A stretch of DNA of 64,000 bases from an uncultured Gemmatimonadaceae bacterium (lineage in GTDB: Bacteria; Gemmatimonadota; Gemmatimonadetes; Gemmatimonadales; Gemmatimonadaceae), in contig CAWBOC010000009.1 in the NCBI GenBank assembly GCA_963790305.1, positions 192,001 to 256,000 on the forward strand, written 5' to 3'. Below the pieces are notes generated by a model, which saw nothing but the letters and a program-made list of their open reading frames with translations, had not been told where the DNA came from and made no database searches. Shown piece by piece: positions 9,638 to 19,205 of the stretch. The position numbers and the translations under genes were made by a program. Numbering within the stretch: the stretch's first letter is position 1; the number at the start of each line of letters is the position of its first letter.

Positions 9638-11551
9638 TCAGGGCACCTGCGGCTGCACCACTTTCGCCACCCAGAAACCGGTGTTGATGTCGGACACCAT
9701 GATGTGGCCGCGATGAGGAATCGCGCTCCACGCCAGCGCCTGATTCGGGCGATAGCCATCGAGCGCGCCCGTATATACCGAGCCGATCACCCGGCCCTGC
9801 TCTCGCAGCTCGCCGCGAAGATCGCCGCTGATATCCAGCACGCGCACCCCGCCGTCATAGGCGCCGATGTAGAGCAGGTTGTCCTCCACCCAGAGGTTGT
9901 GCGCGCCAAACTCGATCGGATCGTATTGCGCCACCTTGCGCAGGTTGCGGATGTCGCTCGCATCGACGACGTGCACGATTCCGCGCGTCGGAAGGCGCTC
10001 GCGGCTCGAGATATCGAATGCGCCGTAGAGCGACTCGTCGGCGATGAAGATGTACTTCCCGGCCGGATATACGGCGTGCGTTCCGGCGACGAAGTCGGGA
10101 GGATATAGCACGCTGTGATCGTAGACGAATCGCGACACCTCCTTTGGCGCCGTAATCGTTCCACCCGCCATGCCATTGCCGACGTCGAGGATGATCAGGC
10201 CGTCCCGCCAATAGGCGAGATACGCGAGGCCATCGCGAACGTAGACGTCGTGCAGCATTCGCGATCCGCGATTCGGCGTCTCCCATCGGGTTATCTGCTT
10301 CGGCTGCTTCGGGTCGCTGAAGTCGATGATGCGCAGGGAGCCAGTGGCGTCATCGGTCGCGAATACATACCGCTTCCAGATGAACGCGCTATGGACGCCG
10401 CCCGTCAGGGTCTCGGTGAACTCCGAGAGGATCTTCGGATGGCGAGGATCGGTGGCGTCGAAGAACACGAGGCCGTTGCGACGATTCGACGCCCCTTCGC
10501 GCGTCAGCACCCCCAGCCGGCCATCCTCGGTGAGGCTCACGTCATTGACGAGATGCGCGTCGACCACGAGCGAATCGGTGAGCTTCGGCGCGGATGGATC
10601 GGTGATGTCGAACACGTACACGCGGGAGCTGATCGTCGAGACGTAGGCCACGTCGCCGAACGGCCACACCTCGGCCCCCATCGTCCCGGCCGGGAGTGGC
10701 ACGTGCGCGACAGACGTTAGGCGCCGCGGATCGGACCGCGGTACGACCTGCACCGACGTTGCGGCGGCCACGGACCCCGCGCTCGCGGTCACCGTGTACA
10801 CGCCGGGATCCTCGGCGACGAAGTACCCCTCGTGGTCGACCTGTCCCCCAGGACCGCTCACGCTCCACCGCACCGGAACGGCGCTGACTGCTGCGCCGCG
10901 CGCGTCGGCCGTGACAGCCGTGAGCTTCACCACGTCGCCCGTGCGGGCCGGCCGCGTCACGGGCTCGAGGCGCACGGTACGCACGGGATTCGCGCGCACG
11001 GCGATCTCCGTGGTGGCGCTCAGCGCTCCCGACTCGGCGACGATGGTCGCGCGCCCGGGGGCCTTGGCGGTGACGAGGCCATTCGGGCTCACCTCCGCGA
11101 TTGCTGGCGTGCGTGAGCGCCACCGCGCCGACGGAACCTGGACGGCGTCATTCGCGCTCGTCATTCCGCTGACCCCGAGCTGCAGCGTCCCGCCCACGAC
11201 GGCGGAATTGCCTTCGGCACTCTCGATCAGGAGGCGCGCCGGCGGGCGCTGGGCGACGCGCACCGTCGCGCGCCCAGGCCGACCACCCACGATGGCAAAG
11301 ACGTGAATCTCGCCCGGGTGGATGGCCGTGAGCGTGCCGGTGCTATCGATTTGCGCGATGTCGAACGGCGCCGCCGCCCACATGGGAGCCTGGGCTACGG
11401 CGCCGCCTTTGTCATCACGCGCTACGGCTCTGAGCTTGATCGAGGAGCCCACGACCATCGTCGTCTCGGCGGGCGAGACGTCGACGCGAGTAACCGTTTG
11501 GGCGGACAGTGCCAGCGGAACGAGCGTGGCCGCGGCGATGAGGACTCTCAT
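9638..11551 (-). CDS. Secreted Ig-like (Big_2) and LVIVD-repeat protein
   Basis: Signal peptide, three Ig-like repeats (…IAEVSPNGLVTAKAPGRATI…), LVIVD-like repeats (VYVFDITDPSAP, LRIIDFSDPKQP, LIILDVG). ATG at 11551 with a GGAG RBS. Confidence 0.8.
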   Translation of the reverse strand: MRVLIAAATLVPLALSAQTVTRVDVSPAETTMVVGSSIKLRAVARDDKGGAVAQAPMWAAAPFDIAQIDSTGTLTAIHPGEIHVFAIVGGRPGRATVRVAQRPPARLLIESAEGNSAVVGGTLQLGVSGMTSANDAVQVPSARWRSRTPAIAEVSPNGLVTAKAPGRATIVAESGALSATTEIAVRANPVRTVRLEPVTRPARTGDVVKLTAVTADARGAAVSAVPVRWSVSGPGGQVDHEGYFVAEDPGVYTVTASAGSVAAATSVQVVPRSDPRRLTSVAHVPLPAGTMGAEVWPFGDVAYVSTISSRVYVFDITDPSAPKLTDSLVVDAHLVNDVSLTEDGRLGVLTREGASNRRNGLVFFDATDPRHPKILSEFTETLTGGVHSAFIWKRYVFATDDATGSLRIIDFSDPKQPKQITRWETPNRGSRMLHDVYVRDGLAYLAYWRDGLIILDVGNGMAGGTITAPKEVSRFVYDHSVLYPPDFVAGTHAVYPAGKYIFIADESLYGAFDISSRERLPTRGIVHVVDASDIRNLRKVAQYDPIEFGAHNLWVEDNLLYIGAYDGGVRVLDISGDLRGELREQGRVIGSVYTGALDGYRPNQALAWSAIPHRGHIMVSDINTGFWVAKVVQPQVP

Positions 11552-11605
11552 TGCGACTCCTGTACGATGGTGGCTGACAGAAGCTTTTTCGCGGCCCTGC
11601 ATGGG

Positions 11606-13516
11606 TCAAGGGGTCCAGCGATCGTTCGCTCGCATCAAGTCCGGGAAGAGCTTGTCCGGGTCGAGCTCGACACTCACGACGCGGGGGGACGCGGCGACCC
11701 GGGTCGTGTGACGCGTTGCGCCGGAGAGCCACACATCCGCCGGTACCGTCACCCGGTCTTCGCGACCGCCTTCACGCCTGACGAGCAGAATCGCCGGCAT
11801 CGGCGCCCGCTGCCGTCGCTCGATGTCGATCTCCACCGAGTCGCCCACGACGCGCCCGCCGGCGATCGCCAGGTCCATGGTGGAGGTCTCGTAGAACCAC
11901 GTGCGCCAGAACCAGTCGAGTTGCCGGTCGCTCGCGTTCTCGAAGGAATTCCAGAGGTCGTACGGCGTCGGATGCTTGTTTCGCCACCCACGGCCATGGT
12001 CTCTGAATGCGCGCACGAAGGCACTATCGCCGATGACGCCGCGCAGTGATCGGAAGATCGAGACCGGCTTTTCGTAGCTGGCGATGACGTACGCCGCGGC
12101 CGAAGGAAATCTGTCACTGTGAGTCATCAGCGGCGCTTCGACCTCGCCGCCCGCGGCGCGGAGATAGTTCACGAACCCCGTCACCGCGGGATCGCCCGCG
12201 GCAGGGCCGAACTGATCTCGCGCGGCGCGCGTCTCGAAGTAGCTCGCCAGCCCTTCGTCGTACCATGGGTAGCGTTTCTCGTCCGACCCGATCTGCATCG
12301 GGAACCACATGTGCGCGATCTCGTGGGCGATCACGGTGTACAGCTCCTGTGGGTCGGGCACGGCCGCGATCGCGGTCAACATCGGGTACTCCATTCCGTA
12401 GACCGTCGTCTCGACGGCGGTCATGTGCGGATATGGATATGGCCAGATATCGCGCGAGAAGAATTCGACCGAGTGCCTGGCGAAGCGGGCCGACAGCTCC
12501 CACGCGGCCGCGGTCGCCCGAAACATTGTGTGAATGGCGGTCGTGTCTGGGCGGCCGTCGCCGTTAGCGTCCCCAACGACGGCGCGTGTCGCGTCCCACA
12601 ACCATCGATTCGAGGTCCCAAAGGCGAAGTCGCGTACGCCGCGCGCCACGTATCGCCACTCGAGAAGGCCATCCGCATCGGTCCGCGTACGCTCGGCGTC
12701 GCGCCGCCACACGATGTGCACGACGCTGGTGTCGGTGCGCGCGCGCTCGAGACGTGAGAGTGCGGAGTCGCTCAGGACCTCTCGAGGATTCTGAAGCTCG
12801 CCCGTCGCGGTGACGAGCCAGCCGGTGGGTATCGTCAGCCTGACGTCGTAGTCCGCGAAGCCGTAGTAGAACTCGCCGTTGCCGAGATACGGATCGGTCT
12901 GCCAGCCGTTCACGTCGTCGTAGACCGCCACCATGGGATACCACTGCGCGATGAAGAACACCTCCCCGTCCTGACCCATGCGGGGCGCGCTCGCGGGAGG
13001 AACGCGAAAGCCCCACGTGAATCCGAGCTCCACCGAGTCGCCGGGGGCGAGCGGCCGAGCGAGCGGGATCCACCCGATCGTCGCCTGCACGTCGTAGCCT
13101 CCATCCCCACCGCGCGCGAGCTCTCGGCCATCGACCGTCACGCGCTCCAGCCGCAAGCCGCCGGTGAGCGGGACGTTCTCGTTCTTCGGCGAATTCGACG
13201 CGAAAAGATTCTGGAGCAGGTGGACGGCGACACGTCGCAGCGTATCCGGTGAGCGATTGTGATAGCGAATCGTCTCTTCACCCGCGAGCTGCGCGGTCCG
13301 GGGGTCCAGTCGGGCCGAAATGCGGTAGGAAGCCCACTGCTGCCAATACCGAGGACCCGGAGGCCCCGTGTCGGTGCGCGTGCCTCGCGTGATCGCGCGC
13401 GTGAAGGCGGTGTCGGCAGGGATTCCGAGTATGGGCCCACTGACGACGGTCGGCGCGGTCACCGCGCGCGAGCATGCGACAGAGACCAGGAGAAGCAAGA
13501 GAGGGATCGTGCGCAT
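11606..13516 (-). CDS. M1 family metallopeptidase (probable lipoprotein)
   Basis: GMEYP exopeptidase motif, HEIAH-x18-E zinc motif, PGPRYWQQ N-terminus, lipobox SVAC. Confidence 0.9.
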   Translation of the reverse strand: MRTIPLLLLLVSVACSRAVTAPTVVSGPILGIPADTAFTRAITRGTRTDTGPPGPRYWQQWASYRISARLDPRTAQLAGEETIRYHNRSPDTLRRVAVHLLQNLFASNSPKNENVPLTGGLRLERVTVDGRELARGGDGGYDVQATIGWIPLARPLAPGDSVELGFTWGFRVPPASAPRMGQDGEVFFIAQWYPMVAVYDDVNGWQTDPYLGNGEFYYGFADYDVRLTIPTGWLVTATGELQNPREVLSDSALSRLERARTDTSVVHIVWRRDAERTRTDADGLLEWRYVARGVRDFAFGTSNRWLWDATRAVVGDANGDGRPDTTAIHTMFRATAAAWELSARFARHSVEFFSRDIWPYPYPHMTAVETTVYGMEYPMLTAIAAVPDPQELYTVIAHEIAHMWFPMQIGSDEKRYPWYDEGLASYFETRAARDQFGPAAGDPAVTGFVNYLRAAGGEVEAPLMTHSDRFPSAAAYVIASYEKPVSIFRSLRGVIGDSAFVRAFRDHGRGWRNKHPTPYDLWNSFENASDRQLDWFWRTWFYETSTMDLAIAGGRVVGDSVEIDIERRQRAPMPAILLVRREGGREDRVTVPADVWLSGATRHTTRVAASPRVVSVELDPDKLFPDLMRANDRWTP

Positions 13517-13561
13517 CGGCTGGTGGGTGTGCGTTCGCTGCAAAGCTGCGTCCGGCACTCA

Positions 13562-13601
13562 GAGAAGCAAGAACGGGGCGAGCCTGACGGCCGCCCCGTT
13601 T
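13562..13601 (-). terminator. Probable intrinsic terminator after the sigma factor gene
   Basis: AACGGGGCG/CGCCCCGTT stem (13572-13600) followed on the - strand by a U-rich run (TTCTTGCTTCT). Confidence 0.55.
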
Positions 13602-13628
13602 ACATTGCTGAGCAGTGCGTTCGGTCCG

Positions 13629-14486
13629 TTACCCGAGATAAGACTCCAGCGCTCGGGCGCGCGACACATGGCGCAAACGTGACAGCGCTTTCTCCTTGAT
13701 CTGGCGCACGCGCTCACGCGTGATGCCGAGGAGCGAGCCGATCTGCTCGAGCGTCATCGGTTCCTCGCCGTCGAGACCGAAGTAGAGGCGCAGGATTTTC
13801 GCCTCACGCTCTTTCAATGACGCGAGCGCCTCCTCGATCGATTCCGTCAACGCCTTCTCGAACGTCTGTTCGTCGGGCGTGGGATTCAGATTGTCGGGGA
13901 GGTAGTCGAGCAGCTTGTTGTCTTCGCCGGGCGTGAGCGGCGCGTCGAGGGAGAGATGGGTCTGCGAGATCGAGATGGTCTTCGCGACCTCTTCCTCGGT
14001 GATGTCCATTCCGTCGGCGATCTCTTCGTGCGTCGGCTCGCGACCAAGCTCCTGAAGCAGCGCGTTCGCGCGCTTGCCGATGCGGTGCAGCGTGCCGGCG
14101 CGGTTCAGCGGTACGCGCACGATGCGCGATTGCTCCGCTAGCGCCTGGAGAATGGCCTGGCGAATCCACCACACCGCGTACGAGATGAACTTGATGCCCT
14201 TCGTCTCATCGAACTTGTGGGCCGCCCGGATGAGTCCGAGGTTCCCTTCGTTGATGAGATCGGAGAGCGAGACGCCCTGGTTCTGATATTTCTTCGCGAC
14301 GGACACGACGAAGCGCAGATTGGAGCGCACGAGCTTGTCGAGCGCTTCCTGATCATTCACGCGGATGCGCTGGGCGAGCCGCACCTCTTCGTCGCGAGAG
14401 ATCAGCGGGTAGATGCTGATGTCGCGGAGGTATTGGTCGAGCGACCCTTCCTCGTACGACGACTTCCTGTGTGTGGTCACTCCCAT
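13629..14486 (-). CDS. RpoD/SigA-family RNA polymerase sigma-70 factor (short form, no region 1.1)
   Basis: LDQYLRDI, SNLRFVVSVAKKY, DLINEGNLGL, KFISYAVWWIRQAI, region 4 TLEQIG..LGITRERVRQIKEKAL. ATG at 14486. Confidence 0.93.
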   Translation of the reverse strand: MGVTTHRKSSYEEGSLDQYLRDISIYPLISRDEEVRLAQRIRVNDQEALDKLVRSNLRFVVSVAKKYQNQGVSLSDLINEGNLGLIRAAHKFDETKGIKFISYAVWWIRQAILQALAEQSRIVRVPLNRAGTLHRIGKRANALLQELGREPTHEEIADGMDITEEEVAKTISISQTHLSLDAPLTPGEDNKLLDYLPDNLNPTPDEQTFEKALTESIEEALASLKEREAKILRLYFGLDGEEPMTLEQIGSLLGITRERVRQIKEKALSRLRHVSRARALESYLG

Positions 14487-14559
14487 ACGGGCACCGGCTC
14501 CTCGATGCGACCTCGCCGCGCGGGGAACGCGCGGTATTGCGGACGACGACTCCGGCCCC

Positions 14560-15339
14560 TCAGTGAACGCGTTCTCCAAGGCGCCGCCACCTGATGTTGG
14601 TGAGCCACGGAACTCAATGTGAGGGGTCACGCGCATAGCTGTAATACACGACGAAGGGCTGGCCCTTCACCAGGCTGTCCGGCACGAAGCCCCAGTAGCG
14701 GCTGTCGTACGAGTTGTCCCGGTTGTCGCCGAGCACGAAATAGCTCCTCTCAGGGACGACCAGCGGACCCCAGTTGTTACGCGATGGATGGTACGGCGCG
14801 CCACTCGCGGCAGCCTGTTTTACGAGGTGATTTCGCTGCCACTCGAAGTCTTCCCCCGAAGGGTCTTCACCGGGCGCGGTGTGATCCACGTACTGCTCAT
14901 CGAGTGCGCGACCGTTGAGCCGCACGATGCCTTCGTGCATCTCGAGCGTGTCGCCAGGGAGGCCGATGAGACGCTTGACGAAGTTCTTGGTCGGATCCTT
15001 CGGCCACTCGAAGACGATGATGTCGCCACGCTGTGGACGCGCGATCGGCGGCAGATGGGCGCTCGTGAACGGAATCTCGGCGCCGTAGACGGCCTTGTTC
15101 ACGAGGAGGAAATCGCCGACGAGCAGCGTGCGCTCCATGCTCCCGGTCGGGATCTTGAATGCCTCGACGAGGAAGGTGCGGATGAGAAGGAACAGGACGA
15201 TGGCGACGACGAGCGACTTGGCCCAGTCGACGAACATCCGCAGGCGCGAGCGCGGCCGATTGAGCTCACGCAGGATTTGCCTGCGCTGCTCTTCGGTGAT
15301 CTCGACGCGGTTGGGGGTCGTCTGGGGGCGTTCCGTCAT
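14560..15339 (-). CDS. lepB: Signal peptidase I (in-frame TGA at 14614-14616, see findings)
   Basis: IPTGSMERTLLVGD (Ser), FVKRLIGLPGD (Lys), GDNRDNSYDSRYWG. A typical tail VPWLTNIRWRRLGERVH continues in frame after the TGA to a stop at 14560. Confidence 0.9.
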
Positions 15340-15375
15340 CGCAGCCGGCCTCGGCTAGACAAATGAAATCGACAC

Positions 15376-15633
15376 CTACAGCCGCGCAGCCAAATGCTCG
15401 AGCGCGGACTTCGCTCCGGAAGGGAGCCGAAGCGTCACGACGGTATGCCGTCCCGACGAGGCCTTGCCCATCTCGGAGATGACTACCCCTTCCGCCTGGA
15501 GGTCACGTCGCAGGCGCGACGTACTTCCTTCGGTCGCGGCACCATCACCGCGACCCTCCAGCGCGCCGCCAACCCGTTCGCTTGCCTCCACCACCGCCGC
15601 CCGAACGATGTCACCGCGACGCACGGTCGACAT
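15376..15633 (-). CDS. Small hypothetical protein
   Basis: ORF fills the gap between co-oriented genes; no recognisable motif. Confidence 0.35.
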   Translation of the reverse strand: MSTVRRGDIVRAAVVEASERVGGALEGRGDGAATEGSTSRLRRDLQAEGVVISEMGKASSGRHTVVTLRLPSGAKSALEHLAARL

Positions 15634-15685
15634 AGGCTGGAATAAACCAACGGTGTCGGAGCATTTCAATGGCAAGGGCAAAGGT

Positions 15686-15770
15686 TATCGAGGTGCTCGA
15701 GGTGCGGGGGCTTCCCCCTAGAGCACCTGGAGCACCTGGAGCACCTCGAGCACCTCGAGCACCTCGAGCT
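15686..15770. repeat. Inverted tandem 9-mer repeat hairpin (GAGCACCTS x5 against GAGGTGCTC x~2)
   Basis: Five copies at 15721-15765, inverted copies at 15690-15705, inner GGGGG-CTT-CCCCC stem. Confidence 0.85.
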
Positions 15771-15776
15771 CCACGC

Positions 15777-17277
15777 TCAATCCGGCGTACCAAGGTAGTT
15801 ATCAATCTGCGCTCGCTGGAGCGTCCCCGAGAAATCGACGTAACCCACCTTCGTTTCGGAGTAGAACTCGTAGACCTGCCATCCGCCTTCACGGTGGCCG
15901 TTCCCTGTCTGCTTTACCCCACCGAAGGGCAAATGTGCTTCCGCGCCGATGGTTGGAGCATTGATGTAGGTGATTCCGTTGTCGAGATCGCTCAGCCCCC
16001 GGAAGGCGACCGATACATCGCGGGTGTAGAGGGACGAGGAGAGGCCGTATTTCACCCCGTTGTTGATGCGGAAGGCCTCGTCAGGCGATTCCACGCGAAG
16101 CACCGAGAGCACAGGACCGAAAATCTCCTCCTGCTCGATGCGCATTCCCTGCTCCACTCGCGCGAAGATCGTTGGCTCGAAGAAATGTCCCTTCTCGAGG
16201 CCCTTCCCCGATGCTCGGCGGCCACCCATTAACAGGTCGGCTCCGCCGGCAACGCCAATGTCCACGTAGCGCTCTACCTTCTTCACCGCCGCCTCGTTCA
16301 CGAGAGGGCCGACCTCCGTGCCCTCACGACGCCCGTCGCCCAGCTTGAGCGCCCGCGCGCGCTTCACCAGGCGACTCAGGAAATCATCATGGATACCCGA
16401 CTGGAGAATGAGCCGGCTCGTCGCCGTGCACCGCTGGCCCGTTGTGCCGAACGCTCCCCAGAGCACCCCCTCGAGAGCCAGGTCAGGATCCGCGTCATCG
16501 AGTACGATCATCGCGTTCTTGCCGCCCATCTCGAGCGACAGCCGCTTGTGTAGTCGGCCGCACGTCTCGCCCACGAGGCGCCCCGTTTCCGTCGAGCCCG
16601 TGAACGACACGAGTGAGACCGCCGGATGCTCGACAATGGCGGCACCCACCGCCTCGCCGGTCCCGTGGACGAGCTGGATGACGTCAGGCGGCAGACCCGC
16701 CTCGAGAAGCACCTCAACGAACACCGTCCCCGTGTGCGGGACATCTTCGGCCGGCTTGAACACGACCGCGTTACCGCATAACAGCGCCGGAAAAATCTTC
16801 CAGGTTGGGATGGCCAGGGGAAAGTTGAATGGCGTGATGATGCCGGCCACGCCGATCGGGCGCCGGAAGCTCATCGCCCATTTCTCGCGGAGCTCGCTCG
16901 GGACGGTGTGACCGAACAGGCGCCGGCCCTCGGTCGCCGCGTAGTAGGCGGTGTCGATCCCCTCCTGCACATCCCCGCGCGTTTCGGTGAGCGGCTTGCC
17001 CATTCTCGCGCGTCATGAGGTCGGCGATCTCATCTTTCCGCCTCACGAGAATGTCCCCCGCGCGCCGGATCACGTCCCCACGCGCCGGCGCCGGCGTGCG
17101 ACGCCACCGCTCGAAGCCGCGCTGCGCCGATGCCACCGCCTTGTCCACGTCCGTGCGCGACGACAGGGGAAAGCGTCCGATGAGGTCGCCCGTGTCGGCG
17201 GGATTGACGTTGTCGAAGTATTCGCCGGTCGAAGGCTCGACCCAGGAACCGGCAATGAAGTTCTTAAATAGTTTCAT
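15777..17277 (-). CDS. Aldehyde dehydrogenase family protein (one frameshift near 17004)
   Basis: N-terminal part MKLFKNFIAGSW…MTRE joins MGKPL if one extra A is removed. ITPFNFP, FTGSTETG, LEMGGKN, GQRCTA, EEIFGP, PFGGVKQTG. Confidence 0.93.
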
Positions 17278-17295
17278 AAAATCGACGTGTTAGCC

Positions 17296-17366
17296 AATGC
17301 GGACTGCGGACTGCGGACTGCGAATGCCCGCACCATAATCCTCCGCATTCCGGATTCCGCATTCCC
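17296..17366. repeat. Inverted tandem 7-mer repeat hairpin (GGACTGC/GGAATGC against GCATTCC)
   Basis: atgc-ggactgc-ggactgc-ggactgc-gaatgc … ccgcattc-cggattc-cgcattcc. Confidence 0.8.
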
Positions 17367-17367
17367 A

Positions 17368-17811
17368 TCATTCGCACTGCCACACGCTCGGGTGATCGAG
17401 CGTCGGTTTCGCGTAACCTACTCGCGGCAGGATCTCCTGCGCACCCAGGATCGTGCCCCACAGCACGATCAGGAGTGAGAGCACATGGGCCTTCCCGGCA
17501 CGGTGTCGCCAGGCCCACACCGCGCTCCACGAGCCGGCGCCGATCAGTACGCCGACAGCCAGCAGGTAGCCCAGAAGACCGAGCCCACAGCGCGCCTCAT
17601 AGGGCCAGAAGATCATGCCTATGCCAAGCGCAACGCTCAGCAGCAGGCGCACCATGACCCCGAACGTCGACGTGCGCGACTGCTTCTCGGCGATGGCCTC
17701 GCGCTGAGGCGTCGTCTTCGCGGCGCTCTTGGGAAAGAGCTGCTCGTCGGACACCGATTCCAGCTGCTTGTCTATCTTGGCGAGCTCGCGATCCCAGTCC
17801 TTGTCCGCCAT
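17368..17811 (-). CDS. Hypothetical membrane protein
   Basis: Charged N-terminus (DWDRELAKIDKQL) and three hydrophobic segments; GAGGG RBS. Confidence 0.75.
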   Translation of the reverse strand: MADKDWDRELAKIDKQLESVSDEQLFPKSAAKTTPQREAIAEKQSRTSTFGVMVRLLLSVALGIGMIFWPYEARCGLGLLGYLLAVGVLIGAGSWSAVWAWRHRAGKAHVLSLLIVLWGTILGAQEILPRVGYAKPTLDHPSVWQCE

Positions 17812-17837
17812 TCATCCCTCGGTTCGCGGGGCGACGA

Positions 17838-19205
17838 TCACGCTTCTTCCCTCGCCAATCCATAACGTTCGATCTTCTTGTAGAGATTCGAACGCGGCAT
17901 GTCGAGCAGACGCGCCGTCTCCGAGACGTTCCAGTTCGCCTCTCGAAGCTTGGCCAGCAGGAAAGCGCGCTCGGCGGCGTCCTTGAACTCCTCGAAGGTG
18001 CGGCATTCGACGAGGGAGCCAAGGCTCGTCTGCTCGGCGGCGCGCTTCCCGACCAGGCGCTCCACATCCGCAGCCGTGATCCGTGGTCCGGATGCCAGGA
18101 TGAGCAATCGCTCCACCGTGTTGCGAAGCTCGCGCACGTTGCCCGGCCAGTCGTACTCGGTAAGGCGCTGCACCGCCTCATCCGCGAGGCCACGAGGCGG
18201 AACGCCTTCGCCCCTCGTGAGGCGGTCGGCGAAATGCGCCACGAGCTGGGGAATGTCTTCACGTCGATCGCGGAGGGGCGGGACGCTCACCGGCACCACG
18301 TTGAGCCGGTAGAAGAGGTCCTCGCGGAATTTCCCTTCCGCGATCTCGTGCTCGAGATCCTTGTTCGTCGCCGCGAGCACGCGCACGTCGACCGAGACGG
18401 GCTTGCTGCCCCCGATTCGGGTGACGACCCCGTCCTCGAGCACGCGCAGGACCTTCGCCTGCGCGGCGAGACTCATGTCACCGATCTCATCGAGAAACAG
18501 CGTGCCGTGGTTCGCGAGCTCGAACTTTCCGGCGCGATCCTGCACCGCACCCGTGAACGATCCCTTCATGTGGCCGAAGAGCTCGCTCTCGATGAGCTCG
18601 CTGGGGATCGCGGCGCAGTTGACCTCGATGAACGGTCCCTCGGCGCGCGCCGACAGCCGGTGGACAGCGCGCGCAACCAGCTCCTTCCCGGTTCCGTTTT
18701 CGCCGGTGACCAACACCCGCGCCGGAGAGGGCGCAACCTTCTCGATCTTGTCCAGCAGTGCCTTGATCGCGTAGGAGCGACCCACGATCTCGTAGCGCGA
18801 CTCGATGGTTTGCTTGAGCCGCGTATTTTCCTCCGACAACGACAGATGCTCGAGCGCGTTGCGCAGCGTGACCAGAATGCGATCGGTGTCGAGCGGCTTC
18901 TCGAGGAAGTCATAGGCGCCGAGCTGCGTCGCCTCGACCGCCGTCTGAATGGTGCCATGACCACTGATCATGACCACGACCGCGTTGGCGTCAGTTTGCT
19001 TCAACCGCTTGAGCGCCTCCAGCCCATCGATCCCCGCCATCTTCACATCCATGAAGACCAGCTGCGGACGAAAGCGGTCGTACTCGGTGATCGCATCCAC
19101 GGCGTTGCCGGCGGTCTTCACCTCGTACCCTTCGTATTCGAGGAGTTGGCCAAGTGCCTGACGAATCCCCTTCTCGTCGTCGACGACGAGGATGCGGCGG
19201 CTCAT
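17838..19205 (-). CDS. Sigma-54-dependent response regulator (NtrC/NtrX-like)
   Basis: Receiver domain (ILVVDDE, FMDVKM), GENGTGKE, ESELFGHMKGSFTGA, LFLDEIG, FREDLFYRLNV, WPGNVREL, Fis-type HTH. Confidence 0.95.
   Translation of the reverse strand: MSRRILVVDDEKGIRQALGQLLEYEGYEVKTAGNAVDAITEYDRFRPQLVFMDVKMAGIDGLEALKRLKQTDANAVVVMISGHGTIQTAVEATQLGAYDFLEKPLDTDRILVTLRNALEHLSLSEENTRLKQTIESRYEIVGRSYAIKALLDKIEKVAPSPARVLVTGENGTGKELVARAVHRLSARAEGPFIEVNCAAIPSELIESELFGHMKGSFTGAVQDRAGKFELANHGTLFLDEIGDMSLAAQAKVLRVLEDGVVTRIGGSKPVSVDVRVLAATNKDLEHEIAEGKFREDLFYRLNVVPVSVPPLRDRREDIPQLVAHFADRLTRGEGVPPRGLADEAVQRLTEYDWPGNVRELRNTVERLLILASGPRITAADVERLVGKRAAEQTSLGSLVECRTFEEFKDAAERAFLLAKLREANWNVSETARLLDMPRSNLYKKIERYGLAREEA

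Noticed and set aside
8863..9759. 298-aa extended YajQ, and other over-long ORF-track starts (lnt 3480, grpE 60708, sigma 14636)
   Set aside because: The extensions run through the inverted repeat or neighbouring genes; family N-termini and RBS or overlap signals support the shorter starts.
14560..14616. Selenocysteine or alternative genetic code explaining the lepB TGA
   Set aside because: The position is not a catalytic Cys, I see no convincing SECIS, and TGA is the normal stop for many genes in this window.
15721..15769. CRISPR array (also considered for the other repeat tracts)
   Set aside because: Units are 7-9 nt and directly adjacent, with no spacers; no cas genes in the window.
17000..17010. 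Programmed ribosomal frameshift in the aldehyde dehydrogenase
   Set aside because: No slippery heptamer; one extra A in a conserved EMGK motif fits the indel errors seen elsewhere.
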